Shown here one piece after another: positions 13,597 through 27,902 of a DNA stretch of 64,000 nucleotides. Origin of the DNA: Mytilus trossulus. Taxonomy: Eukaryota. A model generated the notes under the pieces. That model was not told the origin of the DNA, ran no database searches, and saw nothing but the letters and a program-made list of their open reading frames with translations. The position numbers and the translations under genes were made by a program. The stretch is taken from the NCBI RefSeq assembly GCF_036588685.1, contig NC_086381.1, positions 31,496,001-31,560,000 on the forward strand, given 5' to 3'. Positions within the stretch are counted from its first letter, which is position 1. Every line of letters starts with the position of its first letter.

Positions 13597-13845
13597 CTGT
13601 GTATCATTCCAGGTCATCTGCAGATCATATCCTGGAAGTATGTCGGTATTATTATTAACTATGTCCAGTGCCAACTTCACAGCAGGTCTAACACCACGGC
13701 CAATTTGTCCGGCCTCTATGTCATATGACGTCGGAAATAATCCTGCGATAACAATTTCAGTAAGCCGATTTTCGGGTTCAGCATAAATCCTTTCCAAATA
13801 CAGGGTAACAGCAATCCATATGGAATAAGAAAATCTACGATGCAT
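13597..13845 (-). CDS. GABBR2: GABA-B receptor subunit 2-like, coding exon 1 (signal peptide + start of Venus flytrap domain)
   Basis: MHRRFSYSIWIAVTLYL...IAGLFP...GQIGRGVRPAVKLALDIVNNNTDILPGYDLQMTWNDTQ resembles GABBR2 GSIGRGVLPAVELA; donor GTAATT at 13596; probable acceptor at 13959-13960 implies a 5'UTR exon further upstream. Confidence 0.88.
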
Positions 13846-16800
13846 TTCGCTTCTTGAAATTCAAAATATACGAATCTGAAAAAAATTAAGTTTGAACTCT
13901 GACGTCGTCTTATGATCATCAAAAACAAAAATCCTTAAGTTATTGTCCTATATCCTGCCTGAAAGTAATAATGTATGTTTTGAACCTTCTCACATAGACT
14001 CAGGAAACATTGTCGAATAACGATCATGCCAGATAGACCATTTCCTGATAAGCATGAACTAATCGATTCAAATTATACCTATTTTCATTTTATTTAAGAA
14101 TACATTTGTTGTCAATATAAAACTAGTAACTCCCAATGGATTATTCAATAAATCGGATACAAGATCGCTATGACAGAAACATATTTCCAAGAGATTGTCA
14201 ATTATAGAATGATGCAGTGTTTCCTATCAGATCGGATTAAATCTTCGACAATATACCACTGACACGTACAAATCAGAATATATTATAAGGTATTGACAAA
14301 AAACTTGCTATAAAAGATGATTGAGACGTCTAACGGAGCGGATGGTGACTTTCAAATTGGCTCTGATAATTTACAGCTCTGATGTGTCAAAACCCTGCTT
14401 GAATAATCGTTCGAGCTTTGTCTACGACAAAAATTGAATGTCCCTTAATGATAAAAAGAGTTTTGGAAATCGAGAGTAGAGTGCATTGAAATTGCAATTT
14501 ACATCCAGCAATGTATTTATCATTGATATACTGTTTTTAATCCATAGACTTTGCTATATCCATTTTGGTTTTATTTTTATGAACAAGTATTGTAAGTCAT
14601 CTGGCATTATTTAAGGTTTTGTCGTAATTTTGTTTTAGACACTCTCTACTGGATACATGCATGATTTTGCATATATTTCTGCTGTTATCTGCTTTATGGT
14701 CGGGTATATATATAGTTAATAAAATTGAGATGTCTTTTTCACACTTTCCCCATTTCCAATTTCAATATTATTACAGGAAAAGCGTATATGTCGATTCCCG
14801 CGGTTCCCTGAATTGTGTGATTTAGATTGTTCTGTACTACATATGTTGTTTTAAAATGAGGTGGCCGTCCGTATGGAACACAACTCACTCTTCTTTACTG
14901 CAATTGATATAGACTTTTTGATTTGAAACAAATCAAATACATTTTCATGAAAGATGAAAGAACAAATGGTGACTTTTAAATACAAACAAAATTAAATCTA
15001 GTTTTCAAATGAAAGAGTTAACAGAACAACTAATTAAACTGAAGGTAACCTTAATAAGATAAGTATGTTAATATAATTGTATTTTAGAATTATATTAGAA
15101 AAGAAGTGTACAATCACGTTAATATTTTAGACCCATTATCAAAATATTTACAAATATACTTCAAAACAGTATGGACATGTCAGAAGTAAGAAATTTGGAT
15201 AACATATTAAATATCTAAGCATAAACAAATAAGCAATGAAAACTTCGGATATATTGTAGTTTCCTAATTTCTTTATCATCTGTTACAAATTAATTTTAAA
15301 AATAAGACCAAAGTTACAAAAAAAAAAGACTTCCTAAGCAGATAAAGCTTTCACTGAAAAAAAAAATGTACAATATAAATAATTTTGTTGTGAAATGCAT
15401 TGTGAAAACATTGACAACTTACAAGTAAGGTTAATAATCCGAAACTTCATACTATTTTTAGCACATTTTGTCCCATGACGTAACATATCAGATTAATTCC
15501 GTTACAATAGACTGCTGACATTCGATATGACGTTCACACCAGAATATTCTATTAACTATTGACATTAATCTGAACATAAAGTATTTTAATAATTAATTCT
15601 TAGAACACAGACGATTGCAATTATTATATTCCGAACGCAATATGTGCCACTGGTCTGTTCTCAGTCATCTAGAAAATATACTAAATGATCAGACTGTCAA
15701 TGTTCAATAAAGGAATTAGTAATCGGCGGTCAAGCTCTGAAATATTACTAAAAGTACAAGCCATCGATGCAAATTGCATTTTGTTTTGTATATTGCTTAA
15801 TGAAATAGACAATGTATGGCTGAAGCTTTTCAACAAAGAATATATTATTTAATTATTATTTCGTTTATAACAGAGTATATGTGTTCACTTCTTTTCGGTG
15901 GTAACCACGGCTTCGTATTGAATCCGTGTTGAATACCGTACCGCACCTTGACCATTATTCTTTAACAAATTGTGATTTGGATGGAGAGTTGCATCATTGA
16001 CATTCATGTTCCATCTTCTTATATCAATGTATTTAAATGCGTTATTGTTGTAATGTACGATAGGCCGGTCGTGTAATTACTCGTTTCAAATTAATGATTG
16101 TTAAGTCCAAATAGAGATGTTTTAAAAGTCTACTTTAAACTGAGAACTGTCAAGTTTGGAATGGCCGTACCAGTTTTCCATACACTACAGCAATACCACA
16201 TGGTAGTTAAACCGCGTTTACTCCAAGATATGATCGGTATTACAAATATAAAGTGTTCATAATTTAGAATGGAGGTCGCAATTTTACCTCATTTAAAGAC
16301 GAAGTATGTACAAATTGATAGATATTTTTTTCGGAAAATCGTTCTAAAAATAATGACCAAATGGAAAGGATGTTATACCGCTCGGATACAAAGTCCATAA
16401 GGAAATGAGTAGCGGGCACTTTGTTTTTGACCAGAAATGACAGTTAAGAATGATTATTGATTAGTATTTAGGGAAATTCTGGTAGAATAATTATCGTATT
16501 CCACATACGAAGAAGATGAATTGACTGTTGATGGCGACAAAAATATCGCGTTTCTTCAGAGGTAATAGGTTTGAATAAATCTGTTATCAATTTCTATTTC
16601 TTGGTATTAGCAGTAATATAAGATGCAATGAATATTTACATAGTTCGTTTCTCTTCGTAATTGCAATTTTCAAATTGTCCTCAATGTTCTACTGTAGTGT
16701 GCATTTTTACATTACTTAAAAAAATTATGCCGGTCAATAGTTACAAATATTTTTTTAAATATAAGGTGTCTGAGTATTATGTGTTTATTGTTAGAATGCT

Positions 16801-19800
16801 ATCGACAATACACGTATATTTGTATACAGCATCATTTACCTTTTAGATATTAAAGAAATTACACTCTCAACTTTTAAAAGACCTTGTAAACTTGTAAATT
16901 TTCTTTTTGTAGAGTGTTAATAGTAGAGTAAACTAGTGTAAAATAGGAAGATGTGATTTAATTGCCAATGAGAAAACTCTCCACAAGGGATCAAATAACT
17001 TAGATGATTACAACTATTTGTTTTAATTCTAGAAATCAACTCCTAGGTTTTAGAATTATTTTTTTTTTCTCTTAAAACTAAACTTTATTGACATATTCAC
17101 ATTTGTTGATAGATACTAGTACATCTAATACCGGTACTTTATCCCAGCCTTTTTAATACCAAATAATATTACAGATATCATCATCGCTTTTTAAATGTCA
17201 CAATTATGAATATGGGTATTTTGACCTCCTGGTGCATGTCTTTTTATTACTTGCCTCGTTGTGTTGCTGCCTTTGTGACTCATATGAATCAAAATTCCTT
17301 TGATTGCTTTCTTAACTTCTTCGTTGAATGTGAATTTGATCTACAGACTTGCATACATATTTTGTAACGTTTGTGTTAATGAAGCTGCTTACCAACATAA
17401 CCCAAAATAAATATGATTGTTTTTTTTTTTTTTTTTTACAGTTATCAGTTTTAACAGAAATAAGACGAAGGTTGAAAGTTGTCTTACTGGCAATCATACA
17501 ATTTAACAAACCACGTAGAAGTTAGCATCTCACCGTACGGCCTTTAACAATGATAAAAAATAATTACATATTAAGATAATATATACAAATCCATGCGCAT
17601 ATTTCATTTTACAGCTTGTTTTCATTGATGATTAGTTTTAACTGCAATTTATCCTTGCAAAAATCTACTATTTTAAGAAAATACTGAAGACATATAAAAT
17701 ATATATCAAGGATTTTATATTCACATGTTTTCGTGTTCGATTAAAGCTTTCTGTTTAATGAAGAAGACGAATTAATTGAATAATTGATATTCCGGTATCA
17801 TGATTTTTAATTAATCTATCTTCTTCTTTGGAAAACATTACAGGACAAATTTTGATACAGCATCAGCAAAAATCGATTGATCGTCATTTGCCATCGTCCA
17901 GCACTTTGATCAATTAAACAATTATCTCTACGTCTGTGTTCTCAAATCGGTCATTTCTATCGCGAAGAAATAAATTGAGCTTTGGTAGTGTTGACAATAG
18001 AATCCGTCAGCTGTAATCTGTTTCAATACAGCTAGAGATTAATTTCTGTGGATGTGTATCAAAACGCAATTTAGAAGCCAAGAATTGAATTAATCAACAA
18101 ATAACAAGAATTCGAATCGACATAGATTGATCTGCGAGTGTCAGTTTACTTTAACGTTGTCACTAATTGACTAGGAAAATAATTTCAACATAGTCCAAGA
18201 ACCGAGATACGAACAGACGTGTTAGATCATACACACAAATGAACACCTAACTGCATATGGTTTAACTACGGATACGCTACAGGTTAATATGAGTGGAAAG
18301 AGATTTGAAGATATTTTTTTTTACTTAAAAAAACTACATTTGGTTGATTTTTTAGTTGTTTAATGTCCAGTGGCTCTACTTTGTTTGAGATGAAGAGTTC
18401 GACTCATTGAACATTGCAGCGGGTTATACCAGTTTGTTCTTATGTTTCGATGTTACGTCACTGACCAAGAAGGAGTGTCAGTAGCCCGGAAACATGTTTA
18501 TTTCCGCCACATACATGTATGTCAGAGAGTTGTTCCAATGGCACATCTTCTTAATTTTATACCACATCTTCTTGATTTTATATACCAACATCTACCTATG
18601 GGAGGTAAAAAGGTCCCTGGTAGCGCTAATGTTGCTTTCGAAGTGGTTGTCCTCTTTTGGTTCGAAAACCTTTCTTTTATCAAATCCGACCATCTGTTGA
18701 TAAGGATCTCACATACAATACATGTTGTACTTTTATACTGCAGTGAGGCAGTCTTGATAAAACTAATGAAAATTAGAACTTAAAAGCATATCATTATTAG
18801 TTATTAGTTTAATGCTATTTCTAATTCAACAGTGTCATCTGATGATAATCTTTGAAACAGGAGAAGTCATATTAACCATAGGTTTCTCACCATCATATTT
18901 AGTTCATTAAAATTAAGGATAATTTATATAAACGACAGTGACATGGAATCGAACAATTATATCATGGAGTCGGACACACAACCTGCTGCTCAGTTTCAAA
19001 ATAAATAACTTTCCTTAAAACTAGTATATATTGATAGGGGATTAATTGAGGAATCAAAAAAGCAAAAAGAATATAGGCGAGATATTAGCCATTGAAAGTT
19101 TGGCGGGAAAATGTTTTCTCTAGATTTTTCATAGCTTCATCATTGACCAGTTAAAGTTCTCAAAAACTATTAAAATATAAATAAGATTTTATAAGACTTT
19201 TACAAATGGCTTATAATTATACATGTAAAAGATTTATAAAAAGCAAAATGGGGGTTCATGGGCAAATTTTTTTAAGGCCTTCAAATGGATAAAACCAGAG
19301 GATTTCGAAAATCTGACAAATAGTCCAAAACATGACAAGCAAACATCCCTAATAACAGAAAAACAAGAAATGATGTATAGATTATTCAAATATTATATGC
19401 CTCTACCTGTGCCGTCTGCACCTAATGACATACAAGTTGTATCACATGGAATTTACAAGAAAGAAAAATAATTTTATTTACTTTTCACCGTACATGTGAA
19501 AAAGGAATATAGCTCCGATCCATGCTTATCATTTTATGATTCTAAATGAAATTTTAAACACCATGAAGACTACCAAATAACATTAAGATAACCACTGTTA
19601 TTACCCAACACCCTTAATCAAATTTTGCAAGCGAAATTTTTTAATCAAAAGTCTAATTTAAACCATTCTGTGCTGTTTAATAAAATACATGTACGAAAGT
19701 GTGTAATTTTCATTATATCATAATTCATAATGAACATTCAACAAAATATTTAGAATTTATAGAAATAATTTAAATTGATTTACAACGCACTTGCATGTGC

Positions 19801-21914
19801 ACATGATGGTTGATACACAAAATTTAAACCCCACTTAGAATCAAATATGTCTTCCCAAAACCACAGTAATTGGATTTGAGGGAAAATAAAACTAATGTCA
19901 AAAAAAGATTTCCCAATTTTGGCATTGAATTTGAATTTTTGATTATTTTGTTATTTCCCATTAGGTTAATGACAATGACTATTTTTAGACAACAGTAATT
20001 TCACAATTTGAGTGAGGAATTCTAGTTCTACAGATAATGCATGTCTTGATTGTATGGTATTCCATGTTTCAATCTTGGTCTAAATTATTTCCTTGCGTGA
20101 CAAGACAATTTAGTTTTGCTTTTTATGTTGCTGTGACCAATTATTACTTGCTAAACAATAATTAACTCCGACTGTGATATCATTTAAGACAATTTAACTT
20201 GACTGCGTTGTTCGTTTCCTCACGTAATGATAATATTGCGTTCATTGTCTACTTGGGAACTGGTAATTTGTTTACAAAGTATATTTATCATCACATAATA
20301 ATATATTTAAGAACAGACTATTTTTTATATCTGATTATAAACTTTTTAGAATCCGAGATATTTGGAGGTATAAATATATGAAATAGACATCTTGTATGAT
20401 TTTTAACTTTAGTTCATTTATATATTTCGGAATTTGGTGTGATATCCATTTTCACTGAAATTATATGTATACACATTTAATTTAGGGGCTAGCTATGGCC
20501 CACCTCCCGGTGCGGGATTTTCTAGCGACATTGAAAACCCATCTGTCATCTGTTCTTTGGTCAGGTTGTTGTATCTTTGATATTGATGCAATGAAAATCT
20601 GTGACCTTTTCCTATCAAAACGAATGTTCCAAATGATGTTGCACTATAATTTTAATTGTAGGTATACACAATATTACATTTTCAGGAACATCAGAAAACC
20701 GAGCATACATGTAGTTGTTTGAATACAACCTTCAGTTTGGGATATTTAATAATCCCCTTACACTGTCATTAATGCGCACATCTGAAATAAGCTTTTAAAT
20801 TGATTTAATGATCTGTTATAGATAACATAATATTTTTCTTGACGTATTTGTGTTGTTGTTACCCATGTAAGGTCTTTTAGCCTAAATTTGTGTTACCAAT
20901 TGTCTTCTTGAAATCAGAAAACGTCGATGTTCTTTGCAAATCTGTATAACAGTTAAGTTAAGGTTGCATTATAATAGAACATCAAAGTCAATTTTCAGTT
21001 CTTCAGACACCCGTACCACGTGATAGTGCACTGCCAATCGCAGCCATTGCATTGGTATTGTCATGAATAAAATATACATTTTGGTTGATAAACCTATTAG
21101 TTATCATTTTATAGACCATTCAATTTAAAATCTGAACTGTGTAGGATTTCAATGGTATGATTTTGTTACATTTTTTGTGTACAGAATACATGCTTAATGT
21201 AGAAAGGCAAAAGTTATTCCAGAATGTGCACACGTGAAACTTGTTAAATCCAATCATATTGTGGGCTGATACACGGTTAGGCTATATATCTGAATCATAT
21301 GTTGGTTCCATGTGGTTTCAACAATTAAAGGGGTTTGTTGGGATCTATTGTATATTACAGTAATTACAGTAATTCGTGATATCCTTTAAATGATTTTTTT
21401 CCTTCCGCATAGTTTTCACACTGAAATTGAACGAACTTTGCTATTTCAGAGTCCTGTCTGATTTAGAAATCTGAAATATAAACGACATACCGGATTATCC
21501 ATTACATTTTTCGGCTCAATATTTATAGTTGGCTTCAATTGTACACTAAATCATTTTGTTTACGTCATTACAAGTACATGTTTAAATGATATACGAAAGA
21601 CATTTTTACATGTATATGCAAGTTATTTACCTATCAGTTACTCCAAACTGTCTTAAGATTTTAGTCTGTAATGCATTACAAATATATCTGCATATTAAAA
21701 TGTCATACCAGCTGATGGTAAGTATTTCAGAAATTTATTTTGAAGTATTTAAAACATTTTGTAATTAAGGAGTAACGTTAGTTGATGTTAACTGCATTTG
21801 TATACGTTAAATTTTAGCACTTGAAGAAAAGTTGAAAATAGGATGATAGTTTATTTCTCGAGCATTTTTAAAATGAAGTGTATAATTTTCGTTTTGTATT
21901 ATGGGACATGTCTT

Positions 21915-22063
21915 ATCGGGGCCTTTTATAGCTGACTATGCGGTATGGGCTTTGCTCATTGTTGAAGGCCGTACGGTGACCTATAATTGTTAATGTCTGT
22001 GTCATTTTGGTCTTTTGTGGATAGTTGTCTCATTGGCAATCATACCACATCTTCTTTTTTATA
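21915..22063 (+). repeat. short interspersed repeat ending in gttgtctcattggcaatcataccacatctt
   Basis: same tail recurs at ~15970-16020, ~38280-38320 and reversed at ~16945-16985, ~34290-34320, ~40197-40235. Confidence 0.7.
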
Positions 22064-22194
22064 TTGGTTAAATATTTATTTTTACGATAAAATTACTTAA
22101 TCTATTTTAGTAGTCTCATTACTACTTTTACTTATTTATGTGTTTTAATTTTGGTATACATTTCCGTTATACACAGGTGTCTGCATGTTACAAC

Positions 22195-23010
22195 ATGACA
22201 GAAAAAAACCTGTTTTTTTTTCAGAACTATTGCAATAATCGTACTTGTAGGCTGTTTATAGCTGATTAAAATCTAAGTTAACGAAAACATATTTGAAACA
22301 AAACAGGCAAAATTCGGTATATTACACAAATATTTCATTCCAGCTTTACATATGTTCAAAAAGTAAAAAGTGTAGATAATAATCAGAAATAAGGTCTTGA
22401 ATGCTTCCAAATTTGTACATTATGAAGATATCAATGATATTTTACTTGATTTATGTTTTAGGGAAGCAACCACCAGTTTTATTTTATGCAGCAATTGTAA
22501 AGAGATCTTTTCCTCTGAATAAACACTCTGCAATTGTATTCGAGACTGTAATCATTAACGAAGGTGGCCATTATAACAAGAACGGTGGAGTATGTGTTGC
22601 TCCCCATGATGAAATTTACATGTTTTCATGGACAGTAGCTACTGTAATCGTCCATAATGTTGTAACAGAGTTAGTGGTTGAAGAAAAAGCAACCACCGGG
22701 GAAAAAGAGGTAGATTCAGGCTCGTGGACGTCTGCTTCGATGACAGTTATTATTATAATAATAAATTTGTTTATTAAAGTGTAACATATTGATTGCCATA
22801 AAACATATACAACAATTATAATATTTACACATAAAACAATAAATATCTAGCCATAAATACTGACTTATGAGACACTACCTTATTTATCGGATGAAGAGGG
22901 ATGAGCACGCTTGGATTAGAACAAATGATTGGGGTACTGACAATTATATACACTGTACTGGTAACTACCCTCAATCTACATTTTCTGGAATACTCATTCA
23001 TGCTGAATGA
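22195..23010 (+). pseudogene. C1q domain-containing (C1qDC) pseudogene
   Basis: exon from 22462: VLFYAAI..IVFETVIINEGGHYN..G...AP...IYMFSWTV...TELVVE...WTSASMTVI, resuming after an insertion as YRMKRDEHAWIRT...QSTFSGILIHAE* (22885-23010); upstream signal-peptide-like exon (22195-22316) carries a frameshift and stops. Confidence 0.8.
22752..22884 (-). mobile_element. 5'-truncated LINE 3' end inserted in the C1q exon
   Basis: TTATT duplicated at 22747-22751 and 22880-22884; minus strand ends AATAAA-caaat-(TTA/TAA)n; removing it restores the reading frame. Confidence 0.7.
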
Positions 23011-23929
23011 CTATTCGACTACCTACTGGAGCACACTGTATTTAATGTTTAATATTGTTTTCAAGTTTTAAAAAAGTGTTTGACGTCAATATTTGTTTTA
23101 TATAATCTGAAAGCTGTTTTTTATACGGAATAAAGAATCTTATGGTGATACTCCCGTTTCGATTCAAAGCATAAGAATGGTTTTGCAGGACGTTTGACAC
23201 CACCAATTTGGTTTTAAATCATACTAAATAGACTTTTTTACTTATTATGAACCAATTCAAACACACACAAAAACAGCAGCATAATTTATGTGCAAAACAA
23301 AAGAAAGAAAACCAAAGTTGAAAGGGAACAACTGGATTTCTGGCTCCTGATTTGCGACAGGCACATATAGAATGTAAAGAATGTTTACCATTTATTCATT
23401 CATTTCATTAAAAATTCTCATAGTATGTGTTGTTAGAGTTATTTTGTAGCCTTGTTTTTACCCTAAACGGAGTACGGTTGTTTCAAATATAAATTGACAA
23501 AGATATCTGCCTTATCAGGTTACATTGTAAGTCCACCATTCCAATAATTGCAAAAAAGAACAAAATTCCTCCGAATGTCTTGATAGCTTTTGTTGCCCTA
23601 ACATATGATGAGGAACAATTTGTATAATATGTTCTGCCTGTTATTGAGGCTATTGCAATATATTTCAGTAATGTAATGATTATTTGAAATATATTTAATA
23701 TTTAAAGTTTTAAAGACGATGTTTGTAAAGGAAAAAAAACGGTTTCTGATCCTCTTAAATGAAAAATAACTGATTGTACCTAACAATTTTGACAATTTAT
23801 TATAATCAAATAACATTTTTTCTCACTTGTTTCTGTTATTATTTGACAAGCTGCTTCTCATCTTACAAAGTAACCAAAATATCGTTCTTACATTTAATTA
23901 TTTTAAAATACAATTTTTCTCCATTCATG

Positions 23930-24170
23930 AAATTGAGAATTGAAATGGGGAATACGTCAAAAAGACAACAACCCGATCTAAGTGTGGAAAAACAGCCAAA
24001 GGTCATAAATGGTCTTCAATACAGCGAGAAAATCCCGCATCAGAGGGTGCTTCAGCTAGACCCTTAACCAAAATGTTAAATAGTTCAGTTATAATGGACA
24101 GGCGCAAAAATGCGGCGGGGTTAAACATGTTTATGAGATCTCGATCAACCCACTATACTTCAAGCTAATG
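23930..24170 (-). mobile_element. 3' tail fragment of the Naiad-type PLE family
   Basis: reverse complement of 57425-57750 (gacaggcgcaaaaatgcggcggggttaaacatgttt; aaattgagaat.gaaatgggga). Confidence 0.75.
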
Positions 24171-25494
24171 TATATTGTTTAGATAGGGACTTATATCGAC
24201 CGATGAATGCAATGCTATAGCCATATTACACGACCATAATACTTTATCACGTTCATTTGATGCGTTTTGTATGATTAAGATACACATTTTGTGGTTTCAC
24301 TTCCCATCTTTATAACCTTGAATGTTGTTTTTTCTTTATTTTTCGATGACGATCGTTCAAGCTTTAAATTATTATTCATACGATTAAGAATGTATGCATC
24401 AAGTGGTTGATGTTCGATCTGACAGACTCTACTTGATAAGAGCAAATAATGATCATCACCAAAGCCTTTCGCTTAATTGATAACATATACATGTCCGTTT
24501 TCTGTAAGCTAATTTTCAGGATCGATGGTCTAATTGAGACATATGACCGAAGTTATATAGTATAAGTGAACTGCGAATTCTATAGAAGACAACTTAAATC
24601 GTGAACAGATTTTCTTTTATTAGATTCTGGAATCTGAAATTACAAACGGGTTAATGAAATTATTTAGATGGAAATACCACTTCATCATTTTAAGATACAT
24701 TTACGGGCTTCTTTTTGTGTGTCTTTTCTATGGTCTTTTATATTTTAACCGCCAATATCAGCAATTCTTTCGTTAAAACATGTACTGATAAGACGGAGTC
24801 ATCAAATTTACTTAATATGTTAGCCAATATGATAGCCCTTTATTTTTAATATTACATGTACAGAAGCAAAAACATGAATGTTCTGGCAATTTTAAGTAGA
24901 AAATTATTAATCAAAAATCGAACGACAAAGGCTATTTCAAAAAGTGGGAAGGCTATTAAATCTACTACATTATAACTGCAGTTTGTACATCATTAGTGGC
25001 ATTACCTCAATATTCGGATAGCTATGAAACTTTACTCTCTTCTTCAACACTTTGTTAGAGGCCTGTTCAAGATAAAATTAAACATGAATAATTGTCTCCG
25101 AAAATAAACCAATAAACTGAAACACATTTTGTTTAACATTAAAAGTACTGATGATTACTCCATACTATGCATACAGATAACATCAAATGGGTGGATGCTG
25201 CACAAGGCTCTTTTAAGTATTTCTATATAATGTTTGAGATTGATTCATAGACTTTTCGTGTTTTAGCCAAATCTAGCTGTAGTAAAGTGTTTTTCTGCAT
25301 ATCTGATTATTATTGTACAAATGAAATAAGACTGTATCCATCATACTTATATTGAAGAAAAACTGAGATGAACTTTGAGCTATATTTATGATTTGACCAG
25401 GCTTTCCAAAACGATACAAAACATATTCAATGGTAATGTATAAAATAGTAATTACTTATTTTATATCATATTTGAAGGAGAAAATTGTTCACCA

Positions 25495-25862
25495 AAAACT
25501 AGGGGTGATCTCAGGTGCTCCGGAAGGGTAAGCAGATCCTGCTCCACATGCGGCACCCGTCGTGTTGCTTATGTGATTACAAATCCGGTAAATAGTCTAA
25601 TTCTGTAGGTCAAATTCATGAAAGGGAAGGGGATTGTAGTTACGAAATAAGGAACATATCCGATATCATTTGTGAAACGGTTATTCCATAACAGTCAACC
25701 AACTCGTGATGGCGTCCGTTAAATTAACGAAGGGGTGATTTCAATTTCACCATTTGGAACTCTTGGTTTAATAGCTTCCTTGTGAGCAGTAACCCTCTAT
25801 CAAGAAAATCATGATAGGAAATGCAAGCACGGGAATATCGTATCAATTGGGAGATATATACC
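25495..25862 (-). mobile_element. Penelope-like element family 2, 3' fragment with RT C-terminus
   Basis: minus-strand GVYISQLIRYSRACISYHDFLDRGLLLTRKLLNQEF..., homologous to GVYISQLVRFGRVC...KLLHQGF in the 55807-57123 RT; second copy at 49000-50060. Confidence 0.8.
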
Positions 25863-26944
25863 TGAGGTTTCACAATACTCGCCAGTATCAGATGCAGATG
25901 GACTACTTATTAGAGGGTTTGCGCTCCTGTATTTGTTCTTTTGATGAAAAAGTCGGTCGTTTTTTCAAATGTTTATCAATGCTTCCATGAATCGATTGCT
26001 ATTAATATAATTGTGTAAATGTATATTCTTTATTTTTTTAACACATTGTTATTGAAATTACCTAATCAACCTATCGTATATTCCTTTTTTAGCAATATCA
26101 ATGGTTTGTTGCTAGTAACACAAGACTTTTTTTTACAATTCTGGCATACCCAAGTTCACCACTGGTCTTGGTATAGTTCTTGTTGCTCAACCTTTAGATC
26201 GATGTCAAGTGTATTGATTTTGCTGTTTGTCTCTTTTTAGATTGACAGTTTTGATCATATAAATATTTTCTGTTTTGTGTTAAAAAATATAGTTACTTAA
26301 TCTGTAACAGTTATTTGTCTTGCATTGTTATTGATTTCTGTTCTAATGATTAACGATACTTATTAATCATCAAGGAAGTTCCGTTGACATGTCCGCTTAT
26401 TTCCTGGAGTAAATTGACAACTTAAATAATGCCTTGTCCAAAATGAACAATGTGCAATTGCTCAATACTGATCGTCGTTCTTAGGCGATCCTAAATAGTT
26501 TATTATTATTGAATTTACATGACATATGTTTTTTTTTATATAGTATCAAAACGTTTTCTTTTGAAATGTAAAAACTCTATGTATCTGCAATTATAGAAAA
26601 ACAACTGAAGTTTCTGCATATATTCTTCTTCAATTCATGGTTTTATTCAGTTAAACAGATATCCTTTTTTTGGTTTAATGCGAATTTTTAAAAGTTAAAA
26701 AAAAAAATTAAAAGAAAGGCTGAATAATAAATAAAAGTGTGCAAATAACATGTACAGATGTTATATGTATGAATTAGCAATCAATGGGGAAACAGTTTAA
26801 ACTCAAAAATGGCAGGTACAATTTGAAATGGTCAATGCAGCAATAATCAAATTCAAAATTATGCACAACAAAACCGTTTATTTTTGTTGATGTGTGTTTG
26901 GAATTTTGATAATAACCTTATGGTATTATATACAAAAATATATA

Positions 26945-27416
26945 TATCATATTCTTCATTGCAATGTGTGATCTAACATGTATCATATTCTTCATTGGAA
27001 TGTGTGATCTAAAATGAATCAAATTCTTCATTGCAATGTGTGATCTAACATGTATCATATTCTTCATTGGAATGTGTGATCTAAAATGAATCAAATTCTT
27101 CATTGCAATGTGTGATCTAACATGTATCATATTCTTCATTGGAATGTGTGATCTAAAATGAATCAAATTCTTCATTGCAATGTGTGATCTAAAATGAATC
27201 AAATTCTTCATTGCAATGTGTGATCTAAAATGAATCAAATTCTTCATTGCAATGTGTGATCTAAAATGAATCAAATTCTTCATTGCAATGTGTGATTTAA
27301 AATGTATCATATTCTTCATTGTAATGTGTGATCTAAAATGTATCATATTCTTCATTGTAATGTGTGATCTAAAATGTATCATATTCTTCATTACAATGTG
27401 TGATCTAAAATGTATC
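26945..27416 (+). repeat. 36-bp minisatellite, ~13 copies
   Basis: unit (t/a)atca(t/a)attcttcattg(c/g/t)aatgtgtgatctaa(a/c)atg. Confidence 0.95.
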
Positions 27417-27902
27417 GAATCAACATGTACAGTAACTTGTTGATTACAGTTTGTTCTTCACGCATTGACTAATTTTCTTTGAAGAAATATCGTCAACTAT
27501 TTTTTTGTCTTGCTATATGTCCTTGGTCAAGGTAATTTGGCAGTATTGTAATTCAATGGTACATATGCTTATAGAGGGCATAACTGCGTCACAGATGGTT
27601 ATGTCACACCTTTTTTTAACTCCGTTCGGAAGTGTTCCAGTACTATTGTTATTTCATTTGAATCTTGACTTCAGTAATCAAAAGTTCATTTCGACGGCAC
27701 ATCTTGTCCTCATATATCCCCTATTGAAGCGTTCCTCAGATTTTGTTCTTGTATTCAGAATTTGAGCCATAACCCTTGGCCGTAACGGAGAGTCAATGAA
27801 ACCTAAAAGACAGCTAAGGTATCTTTTTTAGATGAATAGTTTGTAAAGATTTTGATTAGAAAGATTGAAAGAATCAATAATTGCACCAGGGTGTTATACT
27901 AC

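Noticed and set aside
18442-18783. 113-aa ORF, with a CRE-like TGACGTAA nearby as a possible GABA-B promoter
   Set aside because: No protein motifs, and it contains a fragment of the common repeat tail; promoter or first-exon assignment cannot be supported from sequence alone.
22746-22890. Intron within the C1q domain
   Set aside because: No 3' AG that restores the frame; the TSD and antisense tail indicate an insertion.
26918-27391. 157-aa repetitive ORF (MKNLIHFRSHIA)n, and a CRISPR-like appearance
   Set aside because: By-product of a 36-bp tandem repeat with no stop in one frame; no unique spacers, eukaryotic context.
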